A DNA stretch of 64,000 nucleotides. It comes from an uncultured Gemmataceae bacterium (lineage in GTDB: Bacteria; Planctomycetota; Planctomycetia; Gemmatales; Gemmataceae). A program made the translations under genes and the position numbers. Positions 29,151-40,394 of this stretch are shown piece after piece (positions within the stretch are counted from its first letter, which is position 1; the number at the start of each line of letters is the position of its first letter). The stretch lies in contig CAVVPN010000001.1 of NCBI GenBank assembly GCA_963750165.1, forward strand, positions 160,001-224,000. The letters run 5' to 3'. Under the pieces are notes generated by a model, which was given only the letters and a program-made list of their open reading frames with translations, had not been told where the DNA came from and ran no database searches.

Positions 29151-30872
29151 AAGTCAACAAGTTGCCGTCCCCCGGAGGCTCGAGCGGTTCGGGATCATAC
29201 GTCACCGACCCGGAAACTAACCCGCACTCACAGGTGTGGCAAACTCCGGTCCGGCAAGACCAGCGCACGGGGACATCGCAGGCTTCTGCGAGCTCCAGTA
29301 GGCTCTGGAACTTGGGGTCCCAGGAGACCGTGAGGCCCGCGCGAGCAAAGGAAATCCTTGGCCCCTTGCCGGGCGACCCGGCAGGCGCGTGCGGCGGCCG
29401 GCGCGCCTCCTCCTTCACGCCCGGCGTGATGGGCTTGCCCGAACCGAAAATCTCCGTGTGGACGCGATCACGGGCCACGCCCCAACCGCCGAGGCCGGCG
29501 GTGAAGTCCTCCAGGAAGGTAGCAGGGCCGCACAGATAAAAATCGGATTCGCGGGGTACGCCCAGCTTTTCGAGGGCCGTAACGGTCAGCCGGCCGTCAG
29601 CATCGAAGTCAACGCCCACCCGGTCAGTCGCCTCGGGGCGGCTGTACCGGATATGGCTCCGGGCCTGGGGCAGTTTGGCCAGCAACTCGCGTCCTTCTCG
29701 GGCGAAGGGATGATCCAGACTGTTGCGCGCTGCATAGATCCACCAGATCGGGCGCGGCGAGGCGTGTGCTGCCAGCGCGTGGAGCATGGCCAGCACCGGG
29801 GTCACCCCCACGCCAGCACTCAACAGCACCACAGGACGATCGCCGCGCTGCAGGGTGAACGCGCCGCGGGCGCGCTAACGTCCAGAACGTCGCCTGTCCG
29901 AAGCTGCGTACTCAGGTAAGTGCTGGCGATTCCGTGCGGTTCCTCCTTGATGGTGATGCGATAACGGGCGGCGTCCGGCACACCCGACAGCGAGTAGCTG
30001 CGCAAGACCGGAGGCGCGTCGGCTCGAAGACGGAGTCGCAACACGACGAACTGCCCGGGCAGGGGGACGGTCAGAGGGCGACCGTCCACCGGTTCCAGCA
30101 CCAGCGAGACCACGCTGCGGCTCTCGCGATCCATTCTGGCCACGAGTAGCGGCCGGAATCCCGGAGTGGCCGTGACCATCTGCTCCGGTGAAGCCAGTCC
30201 GGGATTCCCTGTGTGTGGCCCGGACTGTGCCGTCTGCCGGAGTAGAGCTTCAAAAGAACCTTTCCAGCCGGGGCTCAGGGCCGGGATGCGCAGAGCGCAC
30301 TCAATGTCCCCCTTGGCGGGCCCGGGAAGATAGAGCAGCGCGTTGATCGCCGTGACAGTCATGCGCTCCGGGTCCTGTGCCACTCTGATGATTTCGTCGC
30401 CGGTGCCCACCTCGCCCTCTTCGAGCACACGGAAATAGAACCCCGGGCGCTGGTGCGCGACCAACAAGGCCGCCATTCTGGGTTCATCCATGCGTATGCC
30501 GACGCGGTAGCAGGTCACGCGCGGCTGCGTCACCTCGAACAGCGCCCCGCCGATCCGGTACCGGTCGCCGACGCAGACCTCGCTGTCGGCCAGGCCCTCC
30601 ACGGTGAAGTTTTCTCCGAATTGCCCGAAGGTGAAATCACTTCGCTTCAGCTCACGCTCCCAGTACTGATAAGAATCCATCTGGTAGACAAAAACAGCGC
30701 GGTGTTCTCCGCCATGACCATGCAGATCGCCTTGTGCGTCGCCATCGACGTTGAGCCGCTCGACCAGGCGGCGTCCCTGCACTGGAGCCTTCCACACGGA
30801 CGTGTAGACGGTCTTCCCGCGCCACGCGATCTCGTGGGGACGCCCGACGTTGACTGACAACAACCGCGCCAT
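29151..30872 (-). pseudogene. MOSC (YiiM-like) + FAD/NAD reductase + 2Fe-2S fusion; frameshift ~29865, C-terminus cut by IS3
   Basis: HGGEHRAV, FGENFT, QPRVTC, RSYSLS, GVGVTP, YLCGP, CRTGVCHTC; ends GNLL at the IS boundary. Confidence 0.85.
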
Positions 30873-30911
30873 ACGCACCCCCTTACTTCTTCCTGACCCC
30901 CTTCCAGCCCG

Positions 30912-31208
30912 TCAGGAACCCGAGGCATCCTGCCCGAGGCGCCTCTCCGCCTCGTGGACGTAGCACCACGTCCACGTAGCCCCGGGCATCACAGTTCGCA
31001 TCACGGGATGGCCCGCCTCGTGGAAGTGTCTTGTCGCGTGCTTGCCGGGCGAGGAGTCGCAGCAGCCGACATGGCCGCACGCCTGGCACTCCCGGAGTTC
31101 GACCCAGCGCGTGCCTTCTTTCAGGCACTCCTCACAGGCGCCAGGCGTTCGCGGCGGCGGGAAGTCGGCCGCGGTCAGGTCTTGCAGGTGTTCACACGGC
31201 TTCGCCAT
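30912..31208 (-). CDS. UBP-type zinc-finger protein
   Basis: CEEC, CQACGHVGCCDSS..KHATRH, WCYVH. Confidence 0.88.
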   Translation of the reverse strand: MAKPCEHLQDLTAADFPPPRTPGACEECLKEGTRWVELRECQACGHVGCCDSSPGKHATRHFHEAGHPVMRTVMPGATWTWCYVHEAERRLGQDASGS

Positions 31209-31276
31209 GGCGTTCTCCCTTGGATGTTGGCAGTCAACAGCAGGCACTTTGGTGGTCATGGCGAACGCTCCTCTCA

Positions 31277-32005
31277 TTACCAGCGGCCGAAATGAGCGCC
31301 GCCATCGACGTACAAGATGTGACCCGTCACCGTCGCGGCGTCGGTCAGGAACAGGATCGCGTCCACAATGTCCTTGACCGTCGAGGGCCGACCCATCGGC
31401 GAGAGACTCTCCATCACCTCCTTCGGAGTCCCCCGGTGCATCGGCGTATCGACGACGCCGGGCGCGACGGCGTTGACGCGGATGCCGTCCTTCGCGTACT
31501 CCATGGCCAGGTGCTGCGTGACCGTTTCCAGGCCGCCTTTGGTGATCATCGGCACCGCCGCCGTTACACCCCGGATCGGGTTGCGGGCAAGCGCCGCCGA
31601 GATCGTGACGATGCTCCCGCCGGTCTGCTGCGCCAGCATCTGCTTGACGGCGAGCTGGGTGACGTACAGAAAGCCCTCGAGGTTCGTCGAGACGAGCGAC
31701 CTGAAGTCCTCGCCCGTGTAGTCCGTGAACGGCTTGGTGAAGAAGATGCCGGCGTTATTGACCAGCACCTCGATCGACCCGAAGCGCGACAGCGCCGTCT
31801 CGACGACCCTGGCGGCAGTCGTCGGCTCGCCGATGTCGCCGTCCACCAGGGCGACGCGGTCGGAAGCCGCGACCTCGGTGGATTGCGTCACTTTCCGCGA
31901 AGTAGCAACGACGTTGTTGCCCCGTGCGACGAACGCTTGCACGATTCCCGCGCCGATCCCTTGCGAGGCCCCGGTCACGATGACTGTCTTCCGCGTGTTG
32001 CTCAT
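31277..32005 (-). CDS. Short-chain dehydrogenase/reductase
   Basis: TGASQGIG, NNAG, VNAVAPG. Confidence 0.92.
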   Translation of the reverse strand: MSNTRKTVIVTGASQGIGAGIVQAFVARGNNVVATSRKVTQSTEVAASDRVALVDGDIGEPTTAARVVETALSRFGSIEVLVNNAGIFFTKPFTDYTGEDFRSLVSTNLEGFLYVTQLAVKQMLAQQTGGSIVTISAALARNPIRGVTAAVPMITKGGLETVTQHLAMEYAKDGIRVNAVAPGVVDTPMHRGTPKEVMESLSPMGRPSTVKDIVDAILFLTDAATVTGHILYVDGGAHFGRW

Positions 32006-32059
32006 GGTTTTCCCCAGGTCACCGGCCTCATTACGGGAGTGGGACGGCGGGCCGTCGGT

Positions 32060-33040
<981 letters not shown>

Positions 33041-33109
33041 GTGCTTTCTCCTCGTGAACTTGTTTGCAATCGTCTCTGTGTCGCCGCGACCGGGTCGTCG
33101 TGGCAGCGG

Positions 33110-33985
33110 TCACACGGTGGGCTGGTACATCTGGGCAACGGAGACCGTAGGGACGCCGAGTTCGGTGGCGATCGCATCGACCGCGCGCTGGGCTACCTCG
33201 AGGTCTACCCAACCGTCGGAGGTGAAGTAGGGGCCGATGTAGCGCTCGTAGTATCGTTGAGCTTCATCACGGGTCAGCCGGCCGAGGAATGAGGCGATGT
33301 AGTCGATGGCCAACTGGGGACGTTGGGCGATCGTGAGAAGGGCTCGCCGGTTGGCCCGCACCAGCGCCTGTAGCGCCGGGTTGTCGAGCGGGATATGAGC
33401 GGGGTCCACGGCGATTCCCACGGTGGGGATCTGGAAGTGGTCGCCGACCCAGGACAGGACCGAAAAGCCCTCCTCGCGGGCAACCTGTTCGGGCGCTAAT
33501 GTGCTGCCCACGTAGGCCGCATCGATCGAACCTTCGCGAAGGCGCCGCAGATCCATCTGGTAGTCACCCGGGGCTCGTGCGACGCACTGCAGGTCGCGGT
33601 CGGGGTCCAGACCATGCTTGCGCAGTACGATCCGCGCGAAACAACCGGGTGCGGTGCGGGGTGCGTGGACCGCCAGTCGGCGCCCGCGAAGATCCCCCAT
33701 GGATTTCACGTCGCCACGCCCGAGGAACCAGAACAGCGGACGATGCGTGTTGACGGCCAGCACAGTCCATTGGATGCCCTCGGTCAGCCGTGTCAACAAG
33801 GCCCGCCCCAAACCGATGGTTGCGCCACCGCGCAGGCGCTCGTTCGACCACCTGATTCCGTCGCGGACGGCGACGTGGACACCTTCATCCTCGAAATATC
33901 CCTCCTGATCGGCCACGTAGGCGATCAGTTCTTCGTGGATACCGCGTCCAACGTAGGTCAGGTCGATCGTGTGCATCGTCGGCAT
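33110..33985 (-). CDS. NMT1/SsuA-like substrate-binding-fold protein without a signal peptide
   Basis: YVADQEGYFEDEGVHV, DLRGRRLAV, LREGSIDAA. Confidence 0.75.
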   Translation of the reverse strand: MPTMHTIDLTYVGRGIHEELIAYVADQEGYFEDEGVHVAVRDGIRWSNERLRGGATIGLGRALLTRLTEGIQWTVLAVNTHRPLFWFLGRGDVKSMGDLRGRRLAVHAPRTAPGCFARIVLRKHGLDPDRDLQCVARAPGDYQMDLRRLREGSIDAAYVGSTLAPEQVAREEGFSVLSWVGDHFQIPTVGIAVDPAHIPLDNPALQALVRANRRALLTIAQRPQLAIDYIASFLGRLTRDEAQRYYERYIGPYFTSDGWVDLEVAQRAVDAIATELGVPTVSVAQMYQPTV

Positions 33986-34027
33986 AGCCTTTCTCCCAAT
34001 CTCGGACAGGGCGCTCGCGCCCTGCCT

Positions 34028-34771
34028 TCAGTCCATTGCAAGGCCGCCGTTGACCGGAAGGTAGTGGCCGGTGGTGAAACCGGAATCCTCACTTGCCACG
34101 AACGCTATCACCTTGGCGATATCGTCAGGACGGACCAGTCGCCCCATCGGCGTGGCCGCGGCGAGTTGGCGCAGCTTCTCAGATGTCAATTGCTCGGTCA
34201 CCCTGGTCCCCTCCACCGTGGCCGGTGCGACGAGGTTGGCCGTGATCCCGTGCGGCGCCAGTTCCAAGGCGACGTAGCAGACGAACTGATTCAGGGCTGC
34301 CTTGGCGGTGCCCATCGTGATCATTCCCTCACGAGGATGACGCGACGGGTTGGCACTGAGATAGATCAGCCGACCATATTTGCGCGAAACCATTCCTGGC
34401 ACAACAGCCTTCGTCATCAGGAACGCGGAGTGCAGTTCGTTGTTTAGCTTGCCGCCAAGCTGCTCCCAGGTCAGCTTCTCGAACGAGGTGATGGCAAACG
34501 GGATCAGCGCGTTATGCACGAGTACGTCCGTCCCACCCCATCGCCGTTTGACTTGATCGGCCATGGCGGCGACGTTGTCAGGCACGGTGACGTCGGCTTT
34601 GATCGCCACGGCTTCGCCGCCAACCGCGGCGATGGTCGCCACCACCTCCTCGGCCTGTGATGCACTGTCGCGGTGGTTGACGACCACCCGGTAGCCGTTT
34701 TTGGCCAGTAACAATGCGCTTGCCGCACCGATTCCCCGGCTAGCTCCCGTGATCAGGGCAACTCGTACCAT
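34028..34771 (-). CDS. Short-chain dehydrogenase/reductase
   Basis: TGASRGIG, HNA, TPMGRL, VNGG. Confidence 0.9.
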   Translation of the reverse strand: MVRVALITGASRGIGAASALLLAKNGYRVVVNHRDSASQAEEVVATIAAVGGEAVAIKADVTVPDNVAAMADQVKRRWGGTDVLVHNALIPFAITSFEKLTWEQLGGKLNNELHSAFLMTKAVVPGMVSRKYGRLIYLSANPSRHPREGMITMGTAKAALNQFVCYVALELAPHGITANLVAPATVEGTRVTEQLTSEKLRQLAAATPMGRLVRPDDIAKVIAFVASEDSGFTTGHYLPVNGGLAMD

Positions 34772-34832
34772 TGTCCTTACCTCCTCTTTGGCGGAGATTG
34801 AAAGAACCGACGCTCCCGGCTTGCCTGTTCGT

Positions 34833-36475
34833 TCAAACCCATCCATCCTTCGGCGCCTCGGCACCGAACCAGTGTTCCGAGATCACTTTCTTTCGCGTGT
34901 AGAAAGCAACGGCGTCGGCACCCTGTGCAAAGAGATCGCCGTACATCGAATTCTTCCAGCCGCCGAACGGAAAGAACGCCATCGGCGCCGGCACGCCGAG
35001 ATTGATGCCGAGCATGCCGGCCTGGATGCGCTCGCGGAAGGTGCGAGCCGCAGCGCCGGATTGCGTGAAGAGAGAGGCCGTGTTGCCGTAGCGGCTGCGG
35101 TTTGTCAACGTGATCGCCGCGTCCAGGTCCGGGGCGCGCATCACACTCACCACCGGGCCGAAAATCTCCTCCCGGCCGACGAACGTCTCCGGTGTCACAT
35201 CGTCGAAGACCGTCGGCCCGATGAAGCAGCCGCGCGGCCTGTGGGGAACGGTTTGGGCACGGCCGTCGAGGCGAAGCCGGGCTCCTTCGGCCACCCCGCG
35301 CTCGATCGCAGCCCGGATCCGCTTTTCCTCCTTTGGGTTCACCACGGGACCGAGCGTCGCGGTGTCGCCCAGGCCGTCTCCCAGTTTGAGTTCACGCGCC
35401 GAGCGGATGAAGGCATCGACGACGGAGTCCTGTCGCACTCGATCGCCGACCACCACCAGCACGCTCCCGGCAAGACAGCGCTGTCCCGCAGAGCCGAAGC
35501 ACGACCCAATCAGGGCGGGCAGGGTGCGTTCCAGGTCGGCATCGGGCAGGACGATCAGATGGTTTTTCGCTCCGCCGTGGGGCTTTGCTACGCAACTCGT
35601 TTTTCGCGGTACGCCTCGGTAACGTTCCGTGACGAACGGGACCAACCGCGGGACGAAATTACATTACGTATCAAAGCCCCGCCGTGTGCCTGAACGCGCT
35701 TGCCGTGAGCCGCCGCGGTGCGGTAGACCGACTCCGCCACTGCCGACGTGCCGACGAAGGAAACTGCCTGTACGTGCGGGTTAGTGATGAGCCGTTCGCT
35801 TACTTCCTTGCTCCCCTGCACCACGCCGACGACACCCGGCGGCAAGCCGGCATCAGCGAACAGCTCGATGAGTCGGGTGCCGGTGAGCGGTGCCTTTTCG
35901 GCAGGCTTGAGGAGGAACGTGTTCCCGCAGGCGACGGCGATCGACATCATCCATAGCGGAATCAAGGCCGGGAAATTAAACGGCGGAATGCCGACCACCA
36001 CACCCACAGGTTCGCGGATGGCCTGGCAGTCGACGTCCCGCGAAATGTCGGTCAGCGTCTGTCCCATCAGTTGGGAGGGAATCCCGCAGGCAAATTCGAC
36101 GACGTCAAGCCCGCGCCGCAGCGAACCGCGCGCCTCGCTCAACAGCTTGCCGTTCTCGCGGACGATGCTGTGTGCCACGTCCGAGAAGTACTTTTCCAGC
36201 AGGTCCCGGAACTTGAACAGGACGTGAGCCCGATCCGGCGCCGGAGCGGCGCGCCAGCCAGGGAAGGCGCGGGCGGCCGCAGCGCATGCCTCGTCCACCT
36301 GCTCCGGCGCGGCCTCGCGCACCGGCGCCAGCACCTCGGCCGTGTCCGCCGGATCGCAGACGTCGCGGCTCGTGTTCCCCCGGCCCTCAACCCAGGTTCC
36401 GCCGATCAGGTTCAGCTCGGAAGTCGAACGCGAGGATGTTGCAGGCGACCGATCAGGGGCAGTAATGGTGCTCAT
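34833..36475 (-). pseudogene. mmsA: (Methyl)malonate-semialdehyde dehydrogenase interrupted by a MITE
   Basis: PPFNFP, SFVGTS, QAHG|GAKNH split by the insertion, AGQRCLA, EEIFGP, FPFGGWK. Confidence 0.88.
35579..35680. mobile_element. 102-bp MITE
   Basis: Ends GGGGCTTTG(C/A)TACG(C/T)AA inverted; 5-bp target duplication GCCGT (35574-35578 and 35681-35685). Confidence 0.9.
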
Positions 36476-36559
36476 GAAGTCCTCCGATCCATTGTTGAGG
36501 GCCATTTTGGACGGGTCAACGATCCGCACCACCGGGCTTAGGCTTGTCCGCGCCAAGCG

Positions 36560-37705
36560 TTAACCGTACGTGAGATCGGTGCTCTGTCCGACCTCGATGA
36601 TATAACCGTCAGGATCGCGGATGTAGCAGCGAATCTCGCCGTACTTGGCAATCGGTTCCGTGATGAATTCGGCGCCTCGACTCGTCCACAATCTGTAGCA
36701 CGATTGAATATCTGCAACGCGGAAATTCATAAAGCTGTTGATGTGATTGGGGTCGGGGACGCTGAGCGTTACCGTTGGCTTGTCGTGGGTGGGTCCGCCG
36801 CCGACGTTGAGGATGAGCCACGTATTGGCGATCTGAACGTAACCAGGTGCGTTGCCGTCGCCTAAGCTCAGAATGCGGGCGCCGAAAATCTTTTCGTAGT
36901 AGCGAGCCGATCGCTCGATATCGGCGACGGTGAGAAAATACGCGATGCTGATCCCCTCCCGCGGGGGCATCTCATAGCTTTTCTGTTCGACTTGTACGGC
37001 CTTCATTGATGGCCCCTTTCGAGGTTCTCCTTCAACCAGAAGTTTCAGCAGCGTCTCGGCCCCCGCTTTGGACGAGGCCGGATTCTGACCGGTGACAAGC
37101 CTCCCGTCGGTGACGACGAAGGGAACCCAGTTCGCTACCTTTTCGTAAATCCCACCGAGGCGCAGCAGCTCATCTTCCACGAGAAACGGCACGACCTTCG
37201 TGAGGTGGACCGCTTCTTCCTCGCCGTTGGTGAAGCCCGTCACCCGCTTGCCCTTCACGAGCGGCTGGCCCTGGAACTGGACGCGATGGAGCACGCCGGG
37301 CGCGTGGCAGACCGCGGCGACCGGTTTGCCGGAACTGTAGAATTCCTCGATGAGGGCGATGGAACGCGGGTCCTCGGCCAGGTCCCACATCGGGCCGTGG
37401 CCGCCGGGATAGAAGACCGCGTCGTAATCCGAGGCCTTGACGTCGGAGAGCCGCACGGTGTTCGCCAGCACCGCCTGGGCTGCGGGATCTTGCTTGAAAC
37501 GCCGCGTCAACTCGGTCTGCCCCTCGGGCGTGTCGCTGACCGGGTCGAGGGGCGGTTGCCCCCCTTTGGGTGAAGCGACGGTCACGGTCGCTCCGGCGTC
37601 GAGAAAAGTGAAATAGGGCGCGGCGAACTCCTCGAGCCAGAAGCCGGTCTTGCGGCCCGTATCGCCGAGCTTGTCGTGGGAAGTCAGAACCATGAGGATC
37701 TTCAT
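36560..37705 (-). CDS. DJ-1/PfpI (Hsp31-like) domain in frame with a VOC/glyoxalase domain
   Basis: TGFWLEE, PGGHG, AVCHAP, TGQNPASS; then LTVADIERSARYY...IRDPDGYIIEVGQ. Confidence 0.85.
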   Translation of the reverse strand: MKILMVLTSHDKLGDTGRKTGFWLEEFAAPYFTFLDAGATVTVASPKGGQPPLDPVSDTPEGQTELTRRFKQDPAAQAVLANTVRLSDVKASDYDAVFYPGGHGPMWDLAEDPRSIALIEEFYSSGKPVAAVCHAPGVLHRVQFQGQPLVKGKRVTGFTNGEEEAVHLTKVVPFLVEDELLRLGGIYEKVANWVPFVVTDGRLVTGQNPASSKAGAETLLKLLVEGEPRKGPSMKAVQVEQKSYEMPPREGISIAYFLTVADIERSARYYEKIFGARILSLGDGNAPGYVQIANTWLILNVGGGPTHDKPTVTLSVPDPNHINSFMNFRVADIQSCYRLWTSRGAEFITEPIAKYGEIRCYIRDPDGYIIEVGQSTDLTYG

Positions 37706-37863
37706 CGTAAGTCTCCTTGTGTTTGTGTCACGAGGTTAAGGCGACTTTCAGTCCGGACGCGGCGCCCGCGGATCCCATAGCGCGAATCTCTTGAACTCGC
37801 TGAATTGAGACCTCGCGTGCAGCTCGAAACTTCAAATCTACAAGCGCCTGGCCCACCAATATG

Positions 37864-37889
37864 AATGCCGTTTGGAGGACGACCGCACA
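37864..37889 (-). promoter_or_regulatory. Putative ECF promoter, copy 1
   Basis: TGTGCG-GTCGTCC-TCCAAACGGCATT, upstream of the DJ-1 gene. Confidence 0.65.
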
Positions 37890-37952
37890 GAAAATCGGAT
37901 CAATTGCCATATGATCGCACCGCTTTTGTGGCCGCTCTTTCTCGGCCGGTCG

Positions 37953-39321
37953 TCAAACTGCCGTAACCGCTTCCATCAAGGTCCAGAGCCCTTCGGCCAG
38001 TGTCGGGTGGATATAGATCGCCCCCTTCAGAAGCGTGTAAGGGGCGCCCGCGAGCATGACCGCGCCGAGGATCTGCACGACCTCACCCCCCTCCGTGGAC
38101 AGGATGGCCGCGCCGAGGATCCGGTCCGTTTCAGCATCGACCACGAGCTTCATCAGCCCGGCCGTCTCGTCGATCTCGACGGCGCGGGCGACCCACGCCA
38201 TCGGGATCTTGCCGACCTTGAGCCGGCGCCCCCCGCCCGCGCCTCCTTCTCGGTCAGCCCGACACGTCCCAGCTGGGGGTCGGTGAAGACGGCGTAGGGG
38301 ACCGGGCGGTTGTCGGTGGTGAGAGCTTTGCCATCCACCAGGTTGGCATACACGATCTGGTAATCGTTGAAGGAGATGTGTGTGAACGCCGGGCCGCCCT
38401 TCACGTCCCCCAGGGCCCAGACGCCCGGCACGCTCGTCTCCAACCGGTTGTTCACGTGGATGAATCCCCGTTGATCGGTCTGCACGCCGGCCTCTTGCAA
38501 TCCCAGGTCGTCCGTATTGGGTTTGCGGCCGGTGGCGACCAGTAAGTGCGACCCGTGCACCGTCTCCGTGATTCCCGCCGCTACCACACTCACGGCGACC
38601 CCACCCTGCTCCTTCTCGACGCGGGTGGTCGTGGCACTCAGGAGAAAACGGAGGCCCTCGCCCTCCAGGGCTTGTTGCAAGGCTCCGGCGACATCGGCGT
38701 CCTCGTGGGCGAGGATTTGCTGTCCCCGCTCGACGACGGTCACGCGGCTGCCGAACCGGCGGAACATCTGCCCGAATTCCATGCCAATGTAGCCACCGCC
38801 GAGGATGAGCAAGTGCTCCGGCACCTCGGTCAATCGCATGATGCTGGCGTTGTCCAGGAAGTCGATGCCACCCAGGCCTTCCAGGGGCGGAATAACCGGC
38901 CTCGCGCCCGTGTTAATAAAGATGCGCTCGCTCTCGAGCTGTTCTTCGCCGACGCGGACCACATGCGGGCCGATGAAGCGGGCATGCCCGCGGTAGAGGT
39001 GCAGACTCTGCCGCTCCTCGACCTTCCGGTTCAACCCGGCGCGCGACTGTCCCACAACCCGATCCTTGCGGGCGACCACCTTGGGCAGGTCCACACTGAC
39101 CGCGCCGCGCGGACCCCCCATCGGTCGGAGTTGCGCGCGTAATGGGCGACCTGGGCCGAGGCGATCATCGTCTTGGTCGGCGTGCAGCCCGTGTTAATAC
39201 AGGTTCCGCCAAAGTCTCCCTTCTCGACCAGCGCCACGGTCCAGCCGCGGTCGGCCAGTTTCTCCGCCAGCGGGACCCCGGCCTGGCCGGAGCCAATCAC
39301 GATGGCATCATAGTGCGGCAT
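37953..39321 (-). CDS. Flavin-disulfide oxidoreductase (RclA/MerA-like; frameshifts ~39110 and ~38235)
   Basis: GSGQAG, GGTCINTGCTPTK, GGGYIGME, GDVKGG, HPTLAE. Confidence 0.88.
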
Positions 39322-39335
39322 GAGCAACACTCCTT

Positions 39336-40394
39336 TCAAAGGCTCGCAGGAATGGCTTCGTGCGCCGGCAGCATCGCACGGCACCCAGCCCGACCAGGAA
39401 GCACCCTGTCGTTCCCCGAGTGACGCGGTGTGAGATAGGCCACGCTGAAGTACTGGTGTTCGTCCGTCCAGACACGCTCCGCGGCAAAGCCACTTGCCCG
39501 GCCCAGGTCTGCCAGGGCGGGGAGGCTGTATTTGTAGGAGTTCTCGGTGTGGATCGACTCGCCCGCGGCGAACAAGAACGGCACGCCGCCAACACGAACG
39601 ACCTGGTCGCGGCGGCTGACGAGGTGCATTTCGATTCGCCCCTGGGCGGCGTTGTAGAAGGCCCGGTGGGCGAACTGCTCGATGTCGAAGTCGGCGCCCA
39701 GCTCGCGATTGATCCGCACCAGGATGTTGCGGTTGAACGCGGCCGTGACGCCCCGTCGGTCGTTGTAGGCGGCCTCGATCGCGCGCGGATCCTTCCGCAA
39801 ATCGATGCCGAGCAGGAGCCCGCCGCCGCGACCACACAGCCCCATCGTCTGTCGCAGCAAGGCGAGCGCTGCCTCCGGCGTGAAGTTGCCGAGTGTCGAG
39901 CCGGGGAAGTAGACCACCCGTCGGGCGGCACCCTTCCGGCACGCGGGCAGGCCCAACGGGCGCGTGAAGTCGGCGCACAGCGGTAGCACTTCGATGTCCG
40001 GGTATTCTTCGCCCAGCGCCCGGGCCGAGCGGCGCAGGTGCTCGCCCGATACGTCGATGGGCACATAGCCAGCCGGGTCGCGCAACTGGTCGAGGAGGCG
40101 GCGGGTTTTGACGCTGCTGCCACTGCCATACTCGATGAGCAGGCAACGTGGACCCAGCAGCCCGGCCATCTCCGCCGCGTACTGCTCCATGATGGCCAGT
40201 TCGGTGCGCGTCGGGTAATACTCGTCCAGCTCCGTGATCTGCTCGAACAGGGCCGAGCCGACCTCGTCGTAGAAGTACTTGCACGGCAGGTTTTTCTCCG
40301 GGGTAAACAACCCCCGGAGCACGTCGGCACGGAACTGCCCCACGGCATCATTGAAGACATCGACAGGAGGCAATTGCGGGATGGTGTCGATCAT
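39336..40394 (-). CDS. egtD: L-histidine N-alpha-methyltransferase
   Basis: KYFYDEVGS, EYYPTRTE, EYGSGSSVKT, FPGSTLGNF, IHTENSYKY. Confidence 0.95.
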   Translation of the reverse strand: MIDTIPQLPPVDVFNDAVGQFRADVLRGLFTPEKNLPCKYFYDEVGSALFEQITELDEYYPTRTELAIMEQYAAEMAGLLGPRCLLIEYGSGSSVKTRRLLDQLRDPAGYVPIDVSGEHLRRSARALGEEYPDIEVLPLCADFTRPLGLPACRKGAARRVVYFPGSTLGNFTPEAALALLRQTMGLCGRGGGLLLGIDLRKDPRAIEAAYNDRRGVTAAFNRNILVRINRELGADFDIEQFAHRAFYNAAQGRIEMHLVSRRDQVVRVGGVPFLFAAGESIHTENSYKYSLPALADLGRASGFAAERVWTDEHQYFSVAYLTPRHSGNDRVLPGRAGCRAMLPAHEAIPASL

